A stretch of DNA of 59,737 nt, filler included. It is 5 parts of 5 records of this genome, joined end to end, with 100 filler letters (N's around TTAATTAATTAA, not from the genome) between each part and the next. Parts side by side here need not be neighbours in the genome. Positions count along the whole stretch, not along the records: positions 54,456 to 59,737 come from SRR20825019_3048; 4 more parts are not named here. One strand, given 5' to 3'. Under the pieces are notes generated by a model. It did not search any database, had not been told where the DNA came from, and saw only the letters and a program-made list of their open reading frames with translations. Positions 56,877 to 59,737 of the stretch are shown here, piece by piece (within the stretch, counting starts at the first letter, position 1; the number at the start of each line of letters is the position of its first letter). Position numbers and translations under genes: made by a program.

Positions 56877-59321
56877 ATGAAGTACGGTTTTTTTGACGAC
56901 GAAGCGCGCGAATACGTCATTACACGCCCGGATACGCCCTATCCGTGGATCAATTATATTGGTTGCGAAGGCTATTTCGGCATTCTCTCGGCGACGGCTG
57001 GCGGTTACTCCTATTACCGCGATGCTCGCCTTCGACGCCTGACGCGCGGACGCTACAATAACGTGCCGCAGGATAATGGCGGTCGCTATGTCTATGTTCG
57101 TGACAATGAGGATGGTGATTTCTGGTCGCCGTCATGGATGCCGACCCAATCGGAGGTGGAAGACTATTCCTGCCGCCACGGCATGGGCTATTCCACCATC
57201 GGCTCGAAGCGCAACGGCATTCGCGTCTCGAACCGTTATTTCGTGCCACTGGGCGAAACGCTGGAAATCTGGCAGCTGACCGTCACCAATGAGCGCCTCG
57301 TGCCTGCTGATCTTTCGCTGTTCTCCTCGGTCGAGTTCTGCCTTTGGGATGCACTGGACGACCAGAGCAACTTCCAGCGTAATCTCTCGACTGGTCAGGT
57401 CGAGGTGGAAGAAGGCGTTATCTACCACAAGACGGAGTATCGCGAACGCCGCAATCACTTCGCCTATTTCGCCTGCTCGGAAGACCTTGCCGGTTTTGAC
57501 ACGCAGCGCGAGGATTTCCTCGGGCCGTGGCACGGCTGGGACAAGCCGGTGGCTGTTGCCGAAGGCAAATCACGCAATTCTGTCGCGCATGGCTGGTCGC
57601 CGATGGGCTCGCATCACGTCAAGATGACGCTTGCGCCCGGTGAAACCCGTCAGGTGATCTTTGTTCTCGGCTATCACGAGAATGACAGGCAAGAGAAATT
57701 CGATCCGCCGGGTTCGCAGACCATCAACAAGAAGACGGTTCTGCCGGTCATCTCGAAATACCTGGCGGCTGAAAATGTCGAAAAAGCCTTTGCTGCATTG
57801 AACAGGCACTGGGATGATCTTCTGAATGTCTATCAGGCCGAAACGCCGGATGAGCATTCCAACCGTATGATCAACATCTGGAATGCCTATCAGTGCATGG
57901 CGACCTTCAATATGTCGCGTTCGGCCTCATCATTTGAAAGCGGCATCGGTCGCGGTCTGGGCTTCCGCGATTCCAATCAGGATCTGCTTGGTTTTGTTCA
58001 TATGGTGCCGTCGCGCGCCCGTGAGCGTATTCTTGATATTGCAGCGACCCAGCTTGCCTCCGGCGGGGCCTATCACCAGTATCAGCCCCTGACGAAGAAG
58101 GGCAACAATGACATCGGCGGCGATTTTAACGATGATCCGCACTGGCTGATCATCGGCGTGGCTGCCTATCTGAAGGAAACCGGCGACTTCTCGATCCTCG
58201 AAGAGCCGGTGGTTTTCGACAACCAGCCCGGCACGGAAGAGCCTCTTTATGTGCATCTTCAGCGCTCCATGCAGTATGCGCTTGATCGCCTCGGCCCGCA
58301 TGGCCTGCCGCTCATCGGCCGTGCCGACTGGAACGATTGCCTGAACCTCAATTGCTTCTCCGATACGCCCGGTGAAAGCTTCCAGACCACGACCAGCAAG
58401 GACGGCAAGGTTGCCGAGAGTGTCTTTATCGCCGGTCTGATGGTGCTGTCGGCACGTGAGCTTTCCGATATCGCAAAGGAAAGCGGCAGGGCGGAAGACG
58501 CGCAAACCTATGCCAAAGTGGCCTCCGATATGGATGCGACCATCTGCAGGCATGGCTGGGACGGTGACTGGTTCCTGCGTGCTTATGACGACTTTGGCCG
58601 CCCGATCGGCTCGAAGGAAAATGAAGAAGGCAAGATCTTTATCGAAAGTCAGGGCTTCTGCGTGCTGGCCGGTGTCGGTGTGGAAGACGGCAAGGCCCGC
58701 AAGGCGCTGGATTCCGTGGCAAAACATCTTGCGACGCCGCATGGCATCGTCGTGCTACAGCCCGCCTATTCGAAATATTATATCGAGTACGGTGAGATTT
58801 CGACCTATCCGCCGGGTTACAAGGAAAATGCCGGTATCTTCTGCCACAACAATCCGTGGGTCGTGATCGGCGAAACCGTGCTTGGCAATGGCGATGCCGC
58901 GTTTGACTACTACACCCGCATCAACCCATCAGCGCGTGAAGGCATTTCCGATACGCATAAGCTGGAGCCTTACGTTTATGCCCAGATGATCGCCGGACGC
59001 GATGCGACCCGCCACGGCGAAGCTAAGAATTCCTGGCTGACAGGCACGGCGGCATGGAACTACTACGCCATCACACAGTTCATTCTCGGCATCCGCCCGG
59101 AATATGAAGGCCTGCGCGTGGCTCCGGTCATTCCGGAGCGCTGGACTGGGTTTTCTGCAAAGCGCATCTGGCGCGGCGTGACCTACGACATCGCCGTGAC
59201 CCGCAAGGGCAAGGGCAATGACGTGGCGCTGATGGTGGATGGCAAGGCGATTGAGGGCAATCTGATCGCACCGCCGGCAGAGGGCGTGAAGAAGGTCAGG
59301 GTCGAAGCCGTGATCGGCTGA
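56877..59321 (+). CDS. GH94 cellobiose phosphorylase
   Basis: Start moved to ATG 56877 (MKYGFFDD..REYVIT.P.TPYPWINY); SGIGRG.GFRDSNQD, GRADWNDCL (catalytic Asp), KENAGIFCH and SWLTGTA. Confidence 0.88.
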   Translation: MKYGFFDDEAREYVITRPDTPYPWINYIGCEGYFGILSATAGGYSYYRDARLRRLTRGRYNNVPQDNGGRYVYVRDNEDGDFWSPSWMPTQSEVEDYSCRHGMGYSTIGSKRNGIRVSNRYFVPLGETLEIWQLTVTNERLVPADLSLFSSVEFCLWDALDDQSNFQRNLSTGQVEVEEGVIYHKTEYRERRNHFAYFACSEDLAGFDTQREDFLGPWHGWDKPVAVAEGKSRNSVAHGWSPMGSHHVKMTLAPGETRQVIFVLGYHENDRQEKFDPPGSQTINKKTVLPVISKYLAAENVEKAFAALNRHWDDLLNVYQAETPDEHSNRMINIWNAYQCMATFNMSRSASSFESGIGRGLGFRDSNQDLLGFVHMVPSRARERILDIAATQLASGGAYHQYQPLTKKGNNDIGGDFNDDPHWLIIGVAAYLKETGDFSILEEPVVFDNQPGTEEPLYVHLQRSMQYALDRLGPHGLPLIGRADWNDCLNLNCFSDTPGESFQTTTSKDGKVAESVFIAGLMVLSARELSDIAKESGRAEDAQTYAKVASDMDATICRHGWDGDWFLRAYDDFGRPIGSKENEEGKIFIESQGFCVLAGVGVEDGKARKALDSVAKHLATPHGIVVLQPAYSKYYIEYGEISTYPPGYKENAGIFCHNNPWVVIGETVLGNGDAAFDYYTRINPSAREGISDTHKLEPYVYAQMIAGRDATRHGEAKNSWLTGTAAWNYYAITQFILGIRPEYEGLRVAPVIPERWTGFSAKRIWRGVTYDIAVTRKGKGNDVALMVDGKAIEGNLIAPPAEGVKKVRVEAVIG

Positions 59322-59347
59322 TCATAGCTGCTTACCAAGATGATGAA

Positions 59348-59383
59348 GCAAGGAGGGCTGCTGGCGCGGCCCTCTTGTCTTTT
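59348..59383 (+). terminator. Rho-independent terminator after the GH94 gene
   Basis: GAGGGCTGC-TGGC-GCGGCCCTC stem followed by TTGTCTTTT. Confidence 0.7.
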
Positions 59384-59492
59384 CCCTCGCCGTTATGATC
59401 TGGCGATGATTGGGCGGAACGCGCCCGCGAAAGGATGCTTCGCGCCGCTCATTATGCCCGCAAGACCGGGTAAAGAGCGCTTCCGCCGGACA

Positions 59493-59521
59493 CTCGACAT
59501 TTCCTGCCTTTTGCCCTATAC
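59493..59521 (+). promoter_or_regulatory. Alphaproteobacterial sigma70 promoter of rpsO
   Basis: CTCGAC-N17-CTATAC versus the rhizobial consensus CTTGAC-N17-CTATAT. Confidence 0.65.
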
Positions 59522-59554
59522 GGGCGCCAGCATTGAAATAAATGCGTGTGAATG

Positions 59555-59620
59555 GCCTGTGCTGGACGACATCCCGGCGCGGGCGTCTTTAAAAACCTCT
59601 TTTCAAGAAAGGATGAAGCG
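59555..59620 (+). ncRNA. Putative ribosomal protein S15 autoregulatory leader (alphaproteobacterial type)
   Basis: Hairpin GCCTGTGCTGG-ACGACATC-CCGGCGCGGGC in the rpsO 5' UTR between promoter and RBS. Confidence 0.55.
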
Positions 59621-59737
59621 ATGTCGATTACTGCTGAACGCAAGGCGGAACTGATCAAGGAATATGCGACCAAGGAAAACGACACCGGTTCGCCGGAAGT
59701 TCAGGTCGCGATCCTGACCGAGCGGATCACCAACCTG
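59621..59737 (+). CDS. rpsO: 30S ribosomal protein S15 (3'-truncated; not in the ORF track)
   Basis: Hand translation [47 protein letters not shown]. Confidence 0.97.
   Translation, partial: MSITAERKAELIKEYATKENDTGSPEVQVAILTERITNL

Noticed and set aside
1..59737. Search for tRNA, rRNA, CRISPR, transposase, integrase, phage or toxin-antitoxin genes
   Set aside because: None recognisable by eye; intergenic spaces are short and mostly explained by promoters and terminators. tRNAscan-SE and Infernal would be needed to exclude small RNAs.

Overview
This window is not one locus. It is five unrelated contigs joined by four identical 100-nt artificial spacers (44 N + TTAATTAATTAA + 44 N) at 31958-32057, 42185-42284, 48902-49001 and 54356-54455. 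Contig 1 (1-31957) is AT-rich Bacteroidota DNA, probably Flavobacteriia/Crocinitomicaceae-like (inference from TAnnTTTG promoters, T9SS cargo and fur-purA linkage). It carries methylmalonyl-CoA mutase, an accessory block of exported proteins, ftsB, spoIID/lpxB/surE, glyA, gmhA, fur-STAS-purA-ostA and a triple beta/gamma-crystallin protein. Contig 2 (32058-42184) is GC-rich alphaproteobacterial DNA with a FadR-TRAP-acyl-CoA beta-oxidation-type catabolic operon. Contigs 3-5 look Rhizobiaceae-like. Contig 3 has mfpsA/mfppA-like osmolyte genes, leuD, a CitE-family lyase, an rsmC-like gene and the pnp 3' end. Contig 4 has fdx, folP-folB-folK and ycjX-ycjF. Contig 5 has a TRAP operon, a GH94 cellobiose phosphorylase and the rpsO 5' end. 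I found no CRISPR array, tRNA, rRNA, transposase, integrase, phage gene or recognisable defence system, and I cannot honestly claim a clear-cut new system. The best leads are: (i) a free-standing cytochrome-oxidase-subunit-I C-terminal fragment next to a Tat-lipoprotein bicovalent flavin oxidase; (ii) the secreted three-crystallin protein with a recent 300-bp duplication; (iii) a divergent orphan GldN-like gene; (iv) a switch-like structured leader in front of a TRAP binding protein; (v) a cellobiose phosphorylase with a perfect LacI-type operator beside rpsO. All family assignments come from motif recognition by eye, without database searches.
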